Assembly (NCBI GenBank): GCA_963742095.1
Contig: CAVUKJ010000001.1
Span: 34,494 to 98,493 of the forward strand
DNA: 64,000 bases
Direction: 5' to 3'
Source of the DNA: an uncultured Alphaproteobacteria bacterium
GTDB taxonomy: Bacteria > Pseudomonadota > Alphaproteobacteria > Rhizobiales > Xanthobacteraceae
Below the pieces are notes generated by a model. It saw only the letters and a list, made by a program, of their open reading frames with translations. It searched no databases and was not told the DNA's origin. This document shows, in pieces, positions 44,217 through 54,840 of the stretch (within the stretch, counting starts at the first letter, position 1; every line of letters begins with the position of its first letter). Made by a program: the position numbers and the translations under genes.

Positions 44217-44965
44217 TGCGACGCCTGTTGCTCGGAGCAATCATCCCGGCTTCTTTTCTCGTTATCTGGGAGGCCTCAAGTCGCACCGGGCTGCTGACGC
44301 TGGAATTGCTCTCGCGCCCGTCGGATATTGCTGTGGCGGGATATGCTGCCCTTCGCGACGGCTCCTTGCTGCTCGCCACGCTTCAAACCTGCGAAACGGC
44401 GCTGCTTGGCCTGGCGATTGCCGCCATTATCGGTATCGCGGTCGGGACCATCCTCGGCCTCTCGCCGGCGGCTGAGCGCATCGCCGGACCGACGGTCGAA
44501 GGCCTGCGGCCGATCCCCGCTATCGCTTTCATGCCGCTCGCTCTGATGGTGTTTGGCTTTGGCATCGGATTGGAAGCAAGCGTCGTTGCATATGCATGCG
44601 TTTGGCCGATCCTTATCGTCACGATCGCAGCCGTTCGTGCAGTTGAAGGACGACTGCTTGAAATTGCTACAGTCTTGGAATTGCCGCTCTGGAAGCGGAT
44701 GACCAAAATCGTGCTGCCTGCGGCTTTCGAGCGGATTAACGTCGGCCTGCGGGTTTCCGCTGCCATCTCGCTTGTGGTCGCGGTCACCGTCGAAATCGTG
44801 CTCAATCCCCGCGGCCTCGGCTACAGCCTAATCTTGGCCGAACAGTCGCTGCGGATCGGCCTAATGTGGGCGCAGCTCGTCTGGCTCTGCCTCTTGGGCT
44901 ACGTGTTGAACCTAGTGCTGAGCCATATCGGTCGCGGCCCAGCGGCCGTCTGGAGGCCGCTATGA
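44216..44965 (+). CDS. ABC transporter permease (NitT/TauT family)
   Basis: Six-TM BPD-transport-type protein. Start overlaps the upstream stop. Confidence 0.8.
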   Translation: MRRLLLGAIIPASFLVIWEASSRTGLLTLELLSRPSDIAVAGYAALRDGSLLLATLQTCETALLGLAIAAIIGIAVGTILGLSPAAERIAGPTVEGLRPIPAIAFMPLALMVFGFGIGLEASVVAYACVWPILIVTIAAVRAVEGRLLEIATVLELPLWKRMTKIVLPAAFERINVGLRVSAAISLVVAVTVEIVLNPRGLGYSLILAEQSLRIGLMWAQLVWLCLLGYVLNLVLSHIGRGPAAVWRPL

Positions 44966-45729
44966 GGCGGCTCTTCAACCCAATCACGCTGGCCGCATTC
45001 GGCTTTGCGCTATCAGTGGTAATGGCGTGGCAGTTGCTCGCCGACGCGCATCTGATTTCGCCTATCTTCTTTCCGTCGCCGCTGCGTGTGCTTACGGTGC
45101 TGCAACAACGCCTCGCCGACGGCTCCCTCTGGTTGCCGCTCGCGGCGACCAGTTTGCGTATGATTGTTGGATGGCTGCTTGCTTCTATTCTAGGCATTGT
45201 GCTCGGCGCAGCGATCGGCACCTCGCGGTTAGCGCGCGAACTCCTTGATCCGACCCTCGAATTCATTCGTCCGCTGCCGGCGTCTGCCGTTATCCCGGTC
45301 GCCATTTTGTTCCTCGGGTTATCGAACAAAATGTCGGTTGCCGTAATCGCGTTTGGCGCGATATGGCCCGTGCTACTCGGCAGTGTCCATGGGTTTTCGT
45401 CGATCTCTCCGGAATTAATCAATGTGTCGCAGGTGCTCGGCTTTGGCCGACACGACTTTCTCCGCAAGATCGCGTTCCCGTCCGCGCTACCCGATATCGT
45501 CGCCGGGCTACGCGTCAGCCTCGCCATCGCGCTCATTCTTGCGGTGGTAACCGAGATGCAATCATCGCTGCCGGGCCTGGGCTGGGACATTTTTTCAGCT
45601 CAGCGTTTCTATCGGAGCGCAGATATCTATGCCGGGTTGATCATGCTGGCCCTGCTAGGCTTTGCCGCCAATCACCTGATTCAGTTCTTGGAATGGCGCG
45701 TGCTGCGCTGGCGCAATCTTCGTACATAA
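44962..45729 (+). CDS. ABC transporter permease (NitT/TauT family)
   Basis: ATGA overlap with the upstream permease. Paralogous sequence. Confidence 0.8.
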   Translation: MRRLFNPITLAAFGFALSVVMAWQLLADAHLISPIFFPSPLRVLTVLQQRLADGSLWLPLAATSLRMIVGWLLASILGIVLGAAIGTSRLARELLDPTLEFIRPLPASAVIPVAILFLGLSNKMSVAVIAFGAIWPVLLGSVHGFSSISPELINVSQVLGFGRHDFLRKIAFPSALPDIVAGLRVSLAIALILAVVTEMQSSLPGLGWDIFSAQRFYRSADIYAGLIMLALLGFAANHLIQFLEWRVLRWRNLRT

Positions 45730-45744
45730 CAATGGGAGGGTTAA

Positions 45745-46665
45745 ATGAGGGCGCTTCGGACTGTTTTGACGTTTGCATCCTTGCTGATCTTCGGTCTGCC
45801 GGCAGTAGCCGTCGCGGAGCCGACAAAAGTCGCCATCGGCTATCCGCCGGCTACCGACTTTCTCGCCGCGTATGTCGCGAAGGACCAAGGCATCTTCGAC
45901 AAGCACAATATCGACGCAACTCTGGTCAAGATTCCAGTCGTCTCCAATATTCCATCGGCCGTCGTCTCAGGTAGCATTCAGATTGGGATGACCACGATCC
46001 CGGTGGTGCTGCAGGCCGATGACGGTGGGCTTGATCTCGTGCTGATCGCCGGCGCCGCCAGGCATACGAAGGAGCATCCGTTCATCAGTCTGCTCGCCCG
46101 CAGCGACATCAAATATACCAAGCCCGACGATTTGATCGGCAAAACAGTAGGCGTGCCGGGCATCAATAGCGTTATCGACGTGATGTTCCGCAAGTGGCTC
46201 GTCAACAACCACGTCCCGCTCGACAAGGTAAAGGTGGTCGAGGGCCCGCTGCCGCAATTGCCCGACATGCTCAAGAGCGGGAGCGTCGACTATGTGGCCA
46301 TCGTCGACCCGCTGCGCACGCGTATCGTTGCGACCAAAACTGGTTATATCGCCGCGGAGTACTTCGCCGAGGTCAATCCGGACGTGCTGGTCAGCGGCTG
46401 GCTGGCGAGCGGTGATTGGGCGAAGAAAAATCCCGAGGCCGTGAAAGGTTTCCGCATGTCCATCGACGAGGGTTTGAACTTCATCCGGAATAACCCTGAG
46501 GAAGCCAAGGCCATCGAGAAAAAATATATTGGCTACAATTCTCCGAGCTTCCCAACCTTCAACAACAAGGCGCGGCCGGAAGACCTCACGTTCTTTTTGA
46601 ACGTCGGGAAAGAACTGAAGCTATACCGCAGCCAGCTCGATCCGAAAAAGATTGTACTGCCGTAA
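45745..46665 (+). CDS. ABC transporter substrate-binding protein (NMT1/THI5-like)
   Basis: Signal peptide MRALRTVLTFASLLIFGLPAVAVA. NitT/TauT-type SBP. Confidence 0.8.
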   Translation: MRALRTVLTFASLLIFGLPAVAVAEPTKVAIGYPPATDFLAAYVAKDQGIFDKHNIDATLVKIPVVSNIPSAVVSGSIQIGMTTIPVVLQADDGGLDLVLIAGAARHTKEHPFISLLARSDIKYTKPDDLIGKTVGVPGINSVIDVMFRKWLVNNHVPLDKVKVVEGPLPQLPDMLKSGSVDYVAIVDPLRTRIVATKTGYIAAEYFAEVNPDVLVSGWLASGDWAKKNPEAVKGFRMSIDEGLNFIRNNPEEAKAIEKKYIGYNSPSFPTFNNKARPEDLTFFLNVGKELKLYRSQLDPKKIVLP

Positions 46666-46689
46666 CATCGAGATCGAGAATATCTAGCC

Positions 46690-48489
46690 ATGTCAGACGA
46701 GACGCGGGTGATGCTGCCGGCTGCGGGTGACCGCCTTCCGGTGGACTATGATCGTCCACCCACTCATGAACGGATGATTGCGCAGAAGGACGTTGCCGTG
46801 CCAATGCGCGACGGCGTCAATCTTTCGATCGATATCTATCGTCCAAATTCGACGGAGAAGTTTCCAGCACTGCTCGCGTTCTCTATCTACAACAAGGATC
46901 TGCAGGGGCCGGAGGTCGCCGCCTCGCTGCCCCCGCAGCCAGCGTGGTCCTCGCTATGGGCCGGTCTCCTTGAGGCGGGCGACACCCGGTTCTTCGTTTC
47001 GCGCGGCTACGTCCATGTCATCGGATCGCCACGCGGCATCTTCAAATCCGACGGCGGCGGAAGCCGCCAGTGGGACAGCTACGATCTGATCGAATGGATT
47101 GCGCAGCAGCCATGGTGCGATGGCAATGTCGGCATGGTCGGCATTTCCGGCTTCGGCGCCGAGCAGTTCCACGTCGCCAAACAGAATCCGCCGCACCTGA
47201 AGGCAATTTTTCCGTTCGATCCGCGCGGCGCGCTCGGGACGCTGGGTAGTTTCCGCGAGGAATATCCTGGCGGTGTGCTGCACTTTTTTCGCTACCTGAT
47301 CATGCACTTCGCTGCCTTACACCAGAACAAGGGCAAGCCGGGCGAATTACCGGGCGAACGCGAAGCGCTCTGGCGTGCGGCCATGCAGAATCCCGATTAC
47401 CGGATGTATCCGCATGTCTTCAACGTGCTGACCCAGAAGGGTCAGCATATGCCGCCGTATTTCGATCTTCTGGTCGACCCCTACGATAAGGAGGCTGCGG
47501 TCGAGACGGCCGAGAAGGCGATCGAACAGATCAAAGTGCCGAGCTATACCGGCGCAGGATGGTACGCTTACACCTACAAAACGCATCTCAATGGCGCCCA
47601 AAACTACTTCGAACGTCTACGTGGGCCGAAAAAGTTGGCATTCGCCGGGCCGGCGCACCTAGAGCGGCCATTCCATTCGCTGCACAGCGAGATCCTGCGC
47701 TGGTACGACCATTGGCTCAAGAACATCAATACCGGCATCATGGACGAACCGCCGGTGCGTTACTGGGTTATGGGCGCTAATGAATGGCGGTCCGGCAGCG
47801 ACTGGCCGTTGCCGGAAACGCAATGGACTAAGTTCTATCTGAATAATTGGGAACGTCTGCGGACCGCGCCGTTCACACCGTCGAGCGCCGATGATGAATT
47901 ACCGCCGGATGCCTTCGTGCAGATGCCGCCGACGCAGACGAACACGGTTCAGAAACTGCGCTATTTGACCGACCCGTTGCCGCAGGATCTTTTGGTTGCC
48001 GGCCCCGCGGTGCTGAATCTGTTTGCCGAGATCGATCAGGACGACACCAATTGGATCGTCAGCCTCAAAGATGTCGGACCGGATGGCTCAGTACGGACGG
48101 TGCGCGAAGGCGAGCGTGAAATACCCCGCGACCTGCCCGAACGCGAGGTGACGCGCGGCTGGCTCAAGGCATCGCATCGCGAGATCGACCCGTATCGCTC
48201 GAAGCCGTGGAGGCCCTGGCACCCGTTGACGCGCGATGCACAGAAGAAGGTCACGCCCGGGGCCATCGAGAACTATGCAATCGAAATCATGGCGACGGCC
48301 AACCTGTTCCGGCGCGGTCACCGCATCTGCCTGGAGATTATGAGCGCCGACATGCCCACCGGTATTGGTGGCGCCACGAATGCCGAATATGTGCCGAACC
48401 ACATTTGCAGCAGCCGCACCACGCTGCACAAGGTCTACCACGATGCACAGCGGCCATCGCACCTGCTGCTGCCCGTCATCCCGCAATAA
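46690..48489 (+). CDS. CocE/NonD family alpha/beta hydrolase (S15 X-Pro dipeptidyl-peptidase-like)
   Basis: 599 aa. Nucleophile elbow GISGFG. Typical N-terminus VPMRDGVNLSIDIYRP. Confidence 0.8.
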   Translation: MSDETRVMLPAAGDRLPVDYDRPPTHERMIAQKDVAVPMRDGVNLSIDIYRPNSTEKFPALLAFSIYNKDLQGPEVAASLPPQPAWSSLWAGLLEAGDTRFFVSRGYVHVIGSPRGIFKSDGGGSRQWDSYDLIEWIAQQPWCDGNVGMVGISGFGAEQFHVAKQNPPHLKAIFPFDPRGALGTLGSFREEYPGGVLHFFRYLIMHFAALHQNKGKPGELPGEREALWRAAMQNPDYRMYPHVFNVLTQKGQHMPPYFDLLVDPYDKEAAVETAEKAIEQIKVPSYTGAGWYAYTYKTHLNGAQNYFERLRGPKKLAFAGPAHLERPFHSLHSEILRWYDHWLKNINTGIMDEPPVRYWVMGANEWRSGSDWPLPETQWTKFYLNNWERLRTAPFTPSSADDELPPDAFVQMPPTQTNTVQKLRYLTDPLPQDLLVAGPAVLNLFAEIDQDDTNWIVSLKDVGPDGSVRTVREGEREIPRDLPEREVTRGWLKASHREIDPYRSKPWRPWHPLTRDAQKKVTPGAIENYAIEIMATANLFRRGHRICLEIMSADMPTGIGGATNAEYVPNHICSSRTTLHKVYHDAQRPSHLLLPVIPQ

Positions 48490-48509
48490 TGCTCTGATTT
48501 GGAGTCCTC

Positions 48510-49100
48510 ATGAGTGAACATAGCCAAGTCACGCCGGTAAAACCTGGAGCGGAGATCAAGCGCTTTCGGCGCATCGTTACGGGTCACGACGCCCAAGGCC
48601 GTTCGGTAATTCTGTCTGACGGTGTGTCGCCGCATGTGATGCCGATCATGGGCCAGCCGAACTTCGCGGTGACCGACTTTTGGAAGACCACTACCACACC
48701 GGCTGATACCGGCGCCGGGACCAGCGAGGATTTGTGCGGTCTGCCCGTCCAGGTCGCGCCGCCGGTGAACGGCAGCGTATTCCGGGTCGTTCAGTTTCCG
48801 CCGGACAAGGATTGGGCGGCCAAGGCTGCCGCGATGGGCGGCTCCGTCGCCATCGATGAGACCGCCAAGGCCGCGCACACCGGCGGGCCGGTCCGGCATG
48901 CCCACATGCACCGCACCCGCTCGCTCGACTACGCCGTCGTACTGTCGGGGGAAATCTGGGCGGTGATGGACGAAGGCGAAACCAAGATGGTTGCGGGCGA
49001 CGTGCTGATCCAGCGCGGAACCAATCACGCCTGGGCCAACCGATCGAATGCGCCTTGCATGGTGGCTTTCGTTCTGATCGACGCCAAATCGCTGGATTGA
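48510..49100 (+). CDS. cupin domain protein
   Basis: 196 aa. C-terminal cupin core HMHRTRSLDYAVVLSGEIWAVMDEGETKMVAGDVLIQRGTNHAW. Confidence 0.7.
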   Translation: MSEHSQVTPVKPGAEIKRFRRIVTGHDAQGRSVILSDGVSPHVMPIMGQPNFAVTDFWKTTTTPADTGAGTSEDLCGLPVQVAPPVNGSVFRVVQFPPDKDWAAKAAAMGGSVAIDETAKAAHTGGPVRHAHMHRTRSLDYAVVLSGEIWAVMDEGETKMVAGDVLIQRGTNHAWANRSNAPCMVAFVLIDAKSLD

Positions 49101-49142
49101 GAATTCGCAGATAGCAGAAGTAATCGAACCTTGGAGACGCCT

Positions 49143-50144
49143 ATGAAATCCCATCCCAAGAATGTCGGCGATCACCTGTACGTGGCTGTGCTGCTGCCCT
49201 TCGATCGGCAAATGAAGATTGATGAGGCCGCCTATCGTAGTTTCCTGCAGTACTTCTTGAAAAACGAGAAGTTCGTGCGCATGGGCGGCGGCCTTTGCAT
49301 CAATCCGGAGGCCGGCGAGATCTTCTATCTTACGCGGGAGGAGAAGCGGCGCGTCCTCGAAATCGCGATGGAAGAGGTTAGTGGCAAGGTCCCCGTTCTC
49401 GCGGGCACCTGGGCGATGACGACGGACGAAACTATCGAGACTGCACGAGACTGCAAAGCGATGGGCGTGAACGGAATTTTCGTCACTCCCCCCGGCGGTG
49501 CACAGGACGTCACCTCCTGCTGGGATGCCGACAACTATCCTGAGATTTGGCTCGACCAGATCATCGCGCAGGACCGCGTGGTCGACCTGCCCATCGTCAC
49601 CCATCCGGTCGGCGGCGCCAAGCCGCCGTTCTATCCTGGCCTGCCTCTCGAAGCGACGCTGCGCATCTGCCGGGAGGTGCCGAATGTGGTCGGCTGGAAG
49701 ATGACGTATATGTACGACGGCTTCCGGTTGATTGCCAACGGCTTGCGCGGGCTCAACCATCATGTCGCGATAATGGGTGCGCTCGCCTCGCGGTTTCATG
49801 AGTACAAAGCGACAGGGATGTTCGACGGCACGCTGTCGGGCTTCTGGAACTTCGCGCTCGAGCCGATGCTCGATCACCTGGAGGCGTGGGATGCGAAAGA
49901 CATCGACAAGGCGCGCCGGATCTGGGACGGCGGACTTGTGCAGTTACATGAATACGTCGCCGACATGGGCCGTCTGCACATCCGCTACAAGACGGCGACT
50001 TGGCTGCGTGGGCTGATCCCCAATCCGTTCATGCGCTCGCCGATGCCGAAGCCGAAGCAGCAGGAAGTCGACAAACTGTACCAGCTCCTGAAAAGCCTCG
50101 GGTTGCCGGTGATCGGCAGCAATGAAACTAAGCTGGCAGCCTGA
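49143..50144 (+). CDS. dihydrodipicolinate synthase (DapA) family lyase
   Basis: DapA-family sequence (INPEAGEIFYLTREEKRRVLEIAMEEVSGKVPVLAGT). GGAGA lies 5 nt before the ATG. Confidence 0.75.
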   Translation: MKSHPKNVGDHLYVAVLLPFDRQMKIDEAAYRSFLQYFLKNEKFVRMGGGLCINPEAGEIFYLTREEKRRVLEIAMEEVSGKVPVLAGTWAMTTDETIETARDCKAMGVNGIFVTPPGGAQDVTSCWDADNYPEIWLDQIIAQDRVVDLPIVTHPVGGAKPPFYPGLPLEATLRICREVPNVVGWKMTYMYDGFRLIANGLRGLNHHVAIMGALASRFHEYKATGMFDGTLSGFWNFALEPMLDHLEAWDAKDIDKARRIWDGGLVQLHEYVADMGRLHIRYKTATWLRGLIPNPFMRSPMPKPKQQEVDKLYQLLKSLGLPVIGSNETKLAA

Positions 50145-50218
50145 CGGTTCGCGTTCGCGCGAGCGCCGGTTCTTGTCCGCCGCCCGCGATCCGTAGCTGC
50201 ATCACCGATGAGGATCAA

Positions 50219-50638
50219 ATGACGGAAGATCGGTGTTGTTCGAACGAGGGTATGACAAGACGTTCTGTCTTGTCGCTGGGCGCGTCGGCAGCCGCAGGTC
50301 TGCTCGCACCGGGGGTTTACAGCGGCGCCTCGGCGCAACCTCAAGGCGGCGGAACGTCGGGTATCATCGATGTGCACCACCATGTCTCCCCACCGGACTT
50401 TGTTGCTGCGCTCATCAAGCATCAATTGGGCGAACGGCCGATGCTCGATTGGACGCCTGCGCGCTCCATCGAGGACATGGATCGGGCCGGCGTAGCGCTT
50501 TCGGTGACCTCCATTACGACCCCCGGCGTCTGGTTCGGCGATCAGCCGAGCTTGTTGACTGTGTCCCAGCTACAAATGGCCCTGTCGCTGGATTGGGATG
50601 AACAGCGGCGAGAGTTGAGTTTTGAGCGCGCTGCATAA
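50219..50638 (+). pseudogene. truncated Tat-signal amidohydrolase-2 family gene (only about the first 110 aa are family-like)
   Basis: MTRRSVLSLGASAAAGLL twin-Arg signal, then IIDVHHHVSPPDF.... Family-like sequence stops after GVWFGD (about 50545), where GC falls and unrelated sequence begins. Confidence 0.55.
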
Positions 50639-50656
50639 CGTCCATTATGGAATATT

Positions 50657-51643
50657 TCACGGGCCTTCGTCCTGGCCAGCAGCAAGAGGTGGAGCTGGAT
50701 CGTGAAGTTCTAATTTTTTAGCTCTGGAAGCTTTGCCCTGTACAGCCGCAATCGCTTCCGCCCGCTGCTGTTCGGTAATAACTACGCGCTCCGGCGCCGA
50801 GCCTATATGACGTCGGACATACTCAAGTTGTAAGTCATCAATTCCCCAAACAAATTGCCGCGCTTGGCTTACCACGGTCTTGTTCATCATCCTCGCGACC
50901 TTGCTATGATTCCCACCACCAATTCTTTTCGCCAAAGTGCGGTCATTTGCCGCGAGAAAGATCATGCGCGGACCAATCGGGAATGCGATATAGCCTCGCG
51001 GATGTTCGAGACTGAATGGTCGCTCGAGCGGACGATCGGAATTTAACAAGGTGATATTTGCGTTGCGGAGATTGATGCGCGACCAATGCATCTTGAAGAT
51101 AGCCGGGCCGACCTGTTTATTATTGATGATCTCTGCGAGCAAATTGGTCGCGCCGAGCTGGGGCGCTGCTGGGTTGGTCCGAGCAAAATACTCTTCAAAG
51201 GTCGCCGGATCGGTAGGAAGACGTCGCGAGGCGTAATTTTCCTCCAGAGCCTTCACCCCGGCATCCCATAGTTCGGCGACGTGATCCTTTATGAGTTTCA
51301 CGGTCTCGGGATTTCGAAACATCAACGACATGATGTAGAGCGTCCAAGCGCTGCGCGGCTCGCTATTCCAAGGCGAATTGTCGCCCGACGTAATCTTCTG
51401 AAGGGCACGCGCAGCGGCTGTGTCTAGCGGCTTCATAAACTTCACTTCGAGATGTTGCTCCAACTCGGGAGCGACGCCTTCGGTGCGATAGAGATTTGGC
51501 CGAAAGCCTGTAGAGGTCGGATAAGTGCGGCGGGGCGAAATAGTGCCGTTGATGCGTCTCATCTCGCATAGTTGTCCGCCCTTCACTGCCCACGGCCGGA
51601 GGGAAAAGGCGGGATTGAAATGATGTTTGACTGGCGAATCCAT
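50657..51643 (-). CDS. DUF4238 domain protein
   Basis: MDSPVKHHFNPAFSLRPWA matches the DUF4238 N-terminal H-x-x-P-x-F/Y-L motif. GC is visibly lower than in the neighbouring genes. Confidence 0.65.
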   Translation of the reverse strand: MDSPVKHHFNPAFSLRPWAVKGGQLCEMRRINGTISPRRTYPTSTGFRPNLYRTEGVAPELEQHLEVKFMKPLDTAAARALQKITSGDNSPWNSEPRSAWTLYIMSLMFRNPETVKLIKDHVAELWDAGVKALEENYASRRLPTDPATFEEYFARTNPAAPQLGATNLLAEIINNKQVGPAIFKMHWSRINLRNANITLLNSDRPLERPFSLEHPRGYIAFPIGPRMIFLAANDRTLAKRIGGGNHSKVARMMNKTVVSQARQFVWGIDDLQLEYVRRHIGSAPERVVITEQQRAEAIAAVQGKASRAKKLELHDPAPPLAAGQDEGP

Positions 51644-52309
51644 TGGACCGATATGTTGTTCCCGCCTGGGAAAATCCAGACAACTGGCGGCCTGTCGACT
51701 GCTAACCCTGCCACGCACTGCAATCAAACCCAGTCTCCGGTTCGTTTCTCCAGAAATCGGCCACTACGCCGAATGTGCACGGAGATTTTCGCCACGGTGT
51801 GCCGAGAAAATATCAATTTTGGGACCCGGAGAGCCTTCGGCTAACGCAAGAAGCCCGCCAACGGCGGGCTATTTAGCGACACTGTTGAGGAAAACTGTGG
51901 AGACCCGACTGGCTGGCTGACCACTCAGGGTTCGAACTGCCGAATCCCCTTTCCGAAAACGACCTTTGAAATCTTGTGAGAAATCCGGCCGGTTCACTGC
52001 CAATACAGCCGCAGAGACTTTTTCGCGAGAGGGGTGCTGGCCACCTGAACAGCACTTGTGGGTTAGTCCATTCGCTTCGCCTGCCAAGCCAGAGACGAAT
52101 GTAGAGCAGATGTCAGCCAGACGTCCGTTGTGTGCCGCAAGCAGACACGGCGTCGAGAGAATATCCGCCAAGATGCGACAGCCGGATGGTCGCCCTCGTT
52201 GGGACTGCGCCCATCGACGGAGACAACTCCTCCCCGATCGTTGCCTTCGTGGTAACCTCAAGCAGAGCCGCCCGATACGAGGTGGCCAAACCGGACTAGG
52301 GGGAGACGC

Positions 52310-52702
52310 ATGAACCTCGAGAAACACTCCGACCACGCAGCATTGGTAGGCCGCCTCTTCTATTCATCGCTGTTCATCGTGTACGGCTACTTCAAGATCA
52401 CAGCTTATACCGGCACGACCGCTTACATGGCCGGCAAGGGCCTACCGGTGCCTGCACTCGCAACACTTATCGCGATTATCTTCGAACTCGGCGGTGGTTT
52501 GCTGATGCTTGTCGGCTATCAAACTCGCATAGTCGCGCTTGCTCTTGCGGTCTACGTCCTGATCGCTTCGCTGATTGCGCACACGCATTTTGCCGACGGC
52601 AACCAGATGTCGCATTTCTTCAAGAACATGGCGATCATCGGCGGCTCGCTCGCATTCGTCGCGTTCGGCGCCGGACGCTATTCTTTGGATGCGAAAAAGT
52701 AA
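52310..52702 (+). CDS. DoxX family membrane protein
   Basis: 130 aa, four TM segments, GRLFYSSLFIVYGYFKI...ELGGGLLMLVGYQTR. Confidence 0.85.
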   Translation: MNLEKHSDHAALVGRLFYSSLFIVYGYFKITAYTGTTAYMAGKGLPVPALATLIAIIFELGGGLLMLVGYQTRIVALALAVYVLIASLIAHTHFADGNQMSHFFKNMAIIGGSLAFVAFGAGRYSLDAKK

Positions 52703-52741
52703 GTTTCGCCGGACTAACCGGCGCGCTGAAAAGCGCGCTCG

Positions 52742-53653
52742 TTATTCGCGAAAGAGCCCCATTAGTGCCCGCCGGAACCAGCGGTTCGCCGGGTCCTGGT
52801 GATAGCGCTCGTGCCAATAGACCTTGATGTCGTAAGGCTTGAGCGCGGCCGGCGGCTTCAAAATCTTGATCGATACGAGCTGTGCGAAGGCCTTCGCCAG
52901 TCGGCCCGGCATGATCACCAGCAAGTCCGAGTTGGCGATCACCAGCGGCAGCACCATGAATTGCGGCACCGTAAGGCGCGGTGTGGCATCATGACCCTCT
53001 TTGCGTAGTTCCGCCTCGACCACTGCATGCGCCATGCCGCTGGCATCGGCCAGTGCGCGCGGCGATTTGGCGAACCCCTCCACCGTCATGCCGGAACGAA
53101 AATTGGGATGGTCGGCGCGCACCACGCAGGCATAATGCTCGCGAAACAGCAGGCTTTGCCGGAAGCCCGTGGCAAGGTTGCTGAAAAAGCCGACTGCGAG
53201 ATCGACCTCGCCGGAGGCAAGCTGCGCCCCGGGATCGTCCAGCGGGATCGGGCAGGCGCGCAAGCTCGCTTGCGGCGCTTCGCGCGCCAGGAAATCGAGC
53301 AGTTTCGGCAGGAACACCATTTGCCCGACGTCGCTAAGAAAGACATTGAAGCGGCGCGAGGTTGAGGCCGCGTCGAACGGAGCATTGGACGCAAGGCCAT
53401 CGAGCAGGATATCAAGCGCCTGCCGCGCAGCGGCGCTCAGCCGCTCTCCATAGGGCGTCGGATAGAAGCCCGCGCTTCCGCGCACGAAAAGAGGATCACC
53501 AGTGCGCCTGCGCAGGCGCGCAAGCGCGTGGCTCGCGGCCGATTGCGACAAACCGAGCCGTGCCGCCGCCGCAGACAGCTTGCGCACGCTCGCAAGCTCG
53601 GCGACCAGCCGGATTTCGCCAAACTCGAGATCATTTATATGCATTACATGCAT
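52742..53653 (-). CDS. LysR family transcriptional regulator
   Basis: HTH LSAAAARLGLSQSAASHALARLR. Divergent from the dioxygenase gene. Confidence 0.85.
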   Translation of the reverse strand: MHVMHINDLEFGEIRLVAELASVRKLSAAAARLGLSQSAASHALARLRRRTGDPLFVRGSAGFYPTPYGERLSAAARQALDILLDGLASNAPFDAASTSRRFNVFLSDVGQMVFLPKLLDFLAREAPQASLRACPIPLDDPGAQLASGEVDLAVGFFSNLATGFRQSLLFREHYACVVRADHPNFRSGMTVEGFAKSPRALADASGMAHAVVEAELRKEGHDATPRLTVPQFMVLPLVIANSDLLVIMPGRLAKAFAQLVSIKILKPPAALKPYDIKVYWHERYHQDPANRWFRRALMGLFRE

Positions 53654-53756
53654 ATTATATATGAACGTAGTGCAATGACTAGAGCGCGGTGCCGTGTCGG
53701 TTTTGGTGCATCATGTCGCGCTCAAAAGCCGTAATAAGCCAAAGGGAGATGCGCCC

Positions 53757-54731
53757 ATGAACCAGCCGTTCGCATTCAACCAGGGCAAGCCGCTCGTCAC
53801 CGAGGAAGCAGGTGTGACTGTGCGGAAGACCGGCGTGCACCTCGGTGCGGAGATCACCGGCGTGGATCTGCGCAAGCCGCTGCCGGACGCGCAGTTCAGA
53901 GCAGTCGAGGCGGCTCTCGTCGAGCACGAGCTGATCGCCTTCCGCGACCAGGATATTTCTTCAGACAATCTGCTGGATTTCGGGCGACGCTTTAATCCGC
54001 TCACCGTGCATCCTTTCGCACCCAACGAGGGCAAGAATGCCCCCGAGCTGATCAAGTTCAGGAACGATGAGAAGACACCGCCTTACGGCACCGATGTCTG
54101 GCACTCTGACGAGACTTTCCGCGCCGAACCGCCGATGGCCACTATCCTCGTGGCGAAGGAAGTCCCTCCCGTCGGCGGCGACACGATGTATGTGAGCATG
54201 ACGGCGGCCTATGAAGGCTTGAGCGATCGCATGCAGCAGTTCATTTCAGGGCTCGAGGGCATCCATGACATGAAGCCGTTCCGCCCGCTGTTCGGTAAGT
54301 CGGAGGAGGAGCGCAAGCGGCTCCAGCATTTCGAGCTGGTGTACCCGCCAGTGCTGCACCCGGTCGTGCGCGTGCACCCGGTATCCGGAAAGAAGGCACT
54401 GTTCGTCAATCCGCAGTTCACAGTCGGCATCAATGGCATGGAGGAACACGAAAGCCGAGCACTGCTCGACCTCCTCTTCCGCCAAGCTTTCGTGCCGGAA
54501 TATCAGTTCCGCCATCATTGGCAGCCGCATACCATCGCAATGTGGGACAACCGCTCGACCCAGCATTACGCCGTTCACGACTATTACCCGCAGCGCCGCT
54601 ACATGGAGCGGGTGACCATCAAGGGCGGTCCGGTGACTGGTGTGCCCAAGGCCGATCCGGCGAGCATCCGGCGGCTAAAATATGTCGCGCCCGCGGGCGT
54701 CGATACTCACGGTGGGCACAAGCCCCACTAA
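53757..54731 (+). CDS. TauD/TfdA family Fe(II)/2-oxoglutarate dioxygenase
   Basis: WHSDETF (HxD) and MWDNRSTQHYA. GGGAGA SD before the ATG at 53757. Confidence 0.85.
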   Translation: MNQPFAFNQGKPLVTEEAGVTVRKTGVHLGAEITGVDLRKPLPDAQFRAVEAALVEHELIAFRDQDISSDNLLDFGRRFNPLTVHPFAPNEGKNAPELIKFRNDEKTPPYGTDVWHSDETFRAEPPMATILVAKEVPPVGGDTMYVSMTAAYEGLSDRMQQFISGLEGIHDMKPFRPLFGKSEEERKRLQHFELVYPPVLHPVVRVHPVSGKKALFVNPQFTVGINGMEEHESRALLDLLFRQAFVPEYQFRHHWQPHTIAMWDNRSTQHYAVHDYYPQRRYMERVTIKGGPVTGVPKADPASIRRLKYVAPAGVDTHGGHKPH

Positions 54732-54840
54732 CAACAGAGCTTATAACACCCGGCACGTTGTCGGGCGTTTCTTTTCGGCGCAGACTATTCGCAATAAGCA
54801 TGCGGCCTGCCAATGAGCCGCGCTCAAGGGGGAGGAAGTC

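Noticed and set aside
51852-51870. Hairpin AGCCCGCC-aac-GGCGGGCT as a terminator.
   Set aside because: It has no adjacent convincing gene end on either strand and only a weak T-tail, so it is left unannotated.
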